A model generated the notes under the pieces. The model was not told the origin of the DNA. It searched no databases and saw only the letters and a list, made by a program, of their open reading frames with translations. A stretch of DNA of 64,000 nucleotides from an uncultured delta proteobacterium (lineage in GTDB: Bacteria > Desulfobacterota > Desulfobacteria > Desulfobacterales > SG8-13): contig CAWKCK010000017.1 in the NCBI GenBank assembly GCA_963848135.1, positions 1,344,538-1,408,537 of the forward strand. Reading direction: 5' to 3'. Of the stretch, positions 63,632 to 64,000 are shown in pieces. The position numbers were made by a program, and so were the translations under genes. How positions within the stretch are numbered: the first letter of the stretch is position 1; each line of letters starts with the position of its first letter.

Positions 63632-64000
63632 CTCAAAGCCATCAACAATCAACCAGATTGATACACGACAAGGCGGCGAAATAGGAAAGCGACGCCCCTA
63701 AAAAACAGAGCACGAACACAATGTCACCATGATACGCGTTTTACTGTTCCCGACATGATATCCAGTTGTAAAATGAAAATTCTATGCATTCCCTGATAGA
63801 CAAATCCCTGGCAAGCAAGCTGTACTATTGGATACCCCGTATTTGTTGGATAGCCAGGACATATCTGTTCAATTAGAACTGACTCAGATGATTATAGGAA
63901 AAGGTGGTGGTTACCCTCGCGTAACAAGGATTCTATTTAATTAAGGCCGGATTTTTTCAGGCCCGCAATATACAGTTCAATCACTCAGCATCCTTTATGA

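Overview
This is a 64-kb bacterial chromosomal window, probably from an anaerobic Desulfobacterota (Desulfobacterales-like) organism; the taxon is inferred from gene families, sigma54 systems and repeat types, not from a database search. From left to right it carries a sigma54-driven TauE/two-component operon, MFS + penicillin acylase, sulfur-amino-acid genes, and a pentose-phosphate cluster (gnd-zwf-tkt-pgl-glk-[metY]-rpiA). Next come a 13-kb minus-strand cluster related to arsenosugar-associated loci (fused TIGR04282/TIGR04283 glycosyltransferase, kinase, YnjBCD-like ABC importer, acnA, Tat-exported Moco oxidoreductase, TVP38, MerA-like flavoprotein, YHS protein), then tauABC, tpx, a DsbA-like gene, a frameshifted beta-propeller lipoprotein, a hybrid kinase, MoxR/VWA, a MesB-like methionine synthase, tatA and ssb. 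Main signals missed by the ORF track: (1) two probable secreted selenoproteins hidden by in-frame TGA with SECIS-like hairpins (YHS at 39852-40319, DsbA UxxC at 45397-46254); (2) a TGT-terminated transposon-like end with three 20-bp-periodic repeats just upstream of the ssb RBS, where an AT-rich accessory region begins; (3) a two-copy ~160-bp MITE with clean 8-bp target-site duplications; (4) three IS200/IS605-end-like mini-repeats; (5) two candidate structured ncRNAs; (6) four homopolymer frameshifts, all in accessory genes. I found no rRNA, tRNA or CRISPR array.
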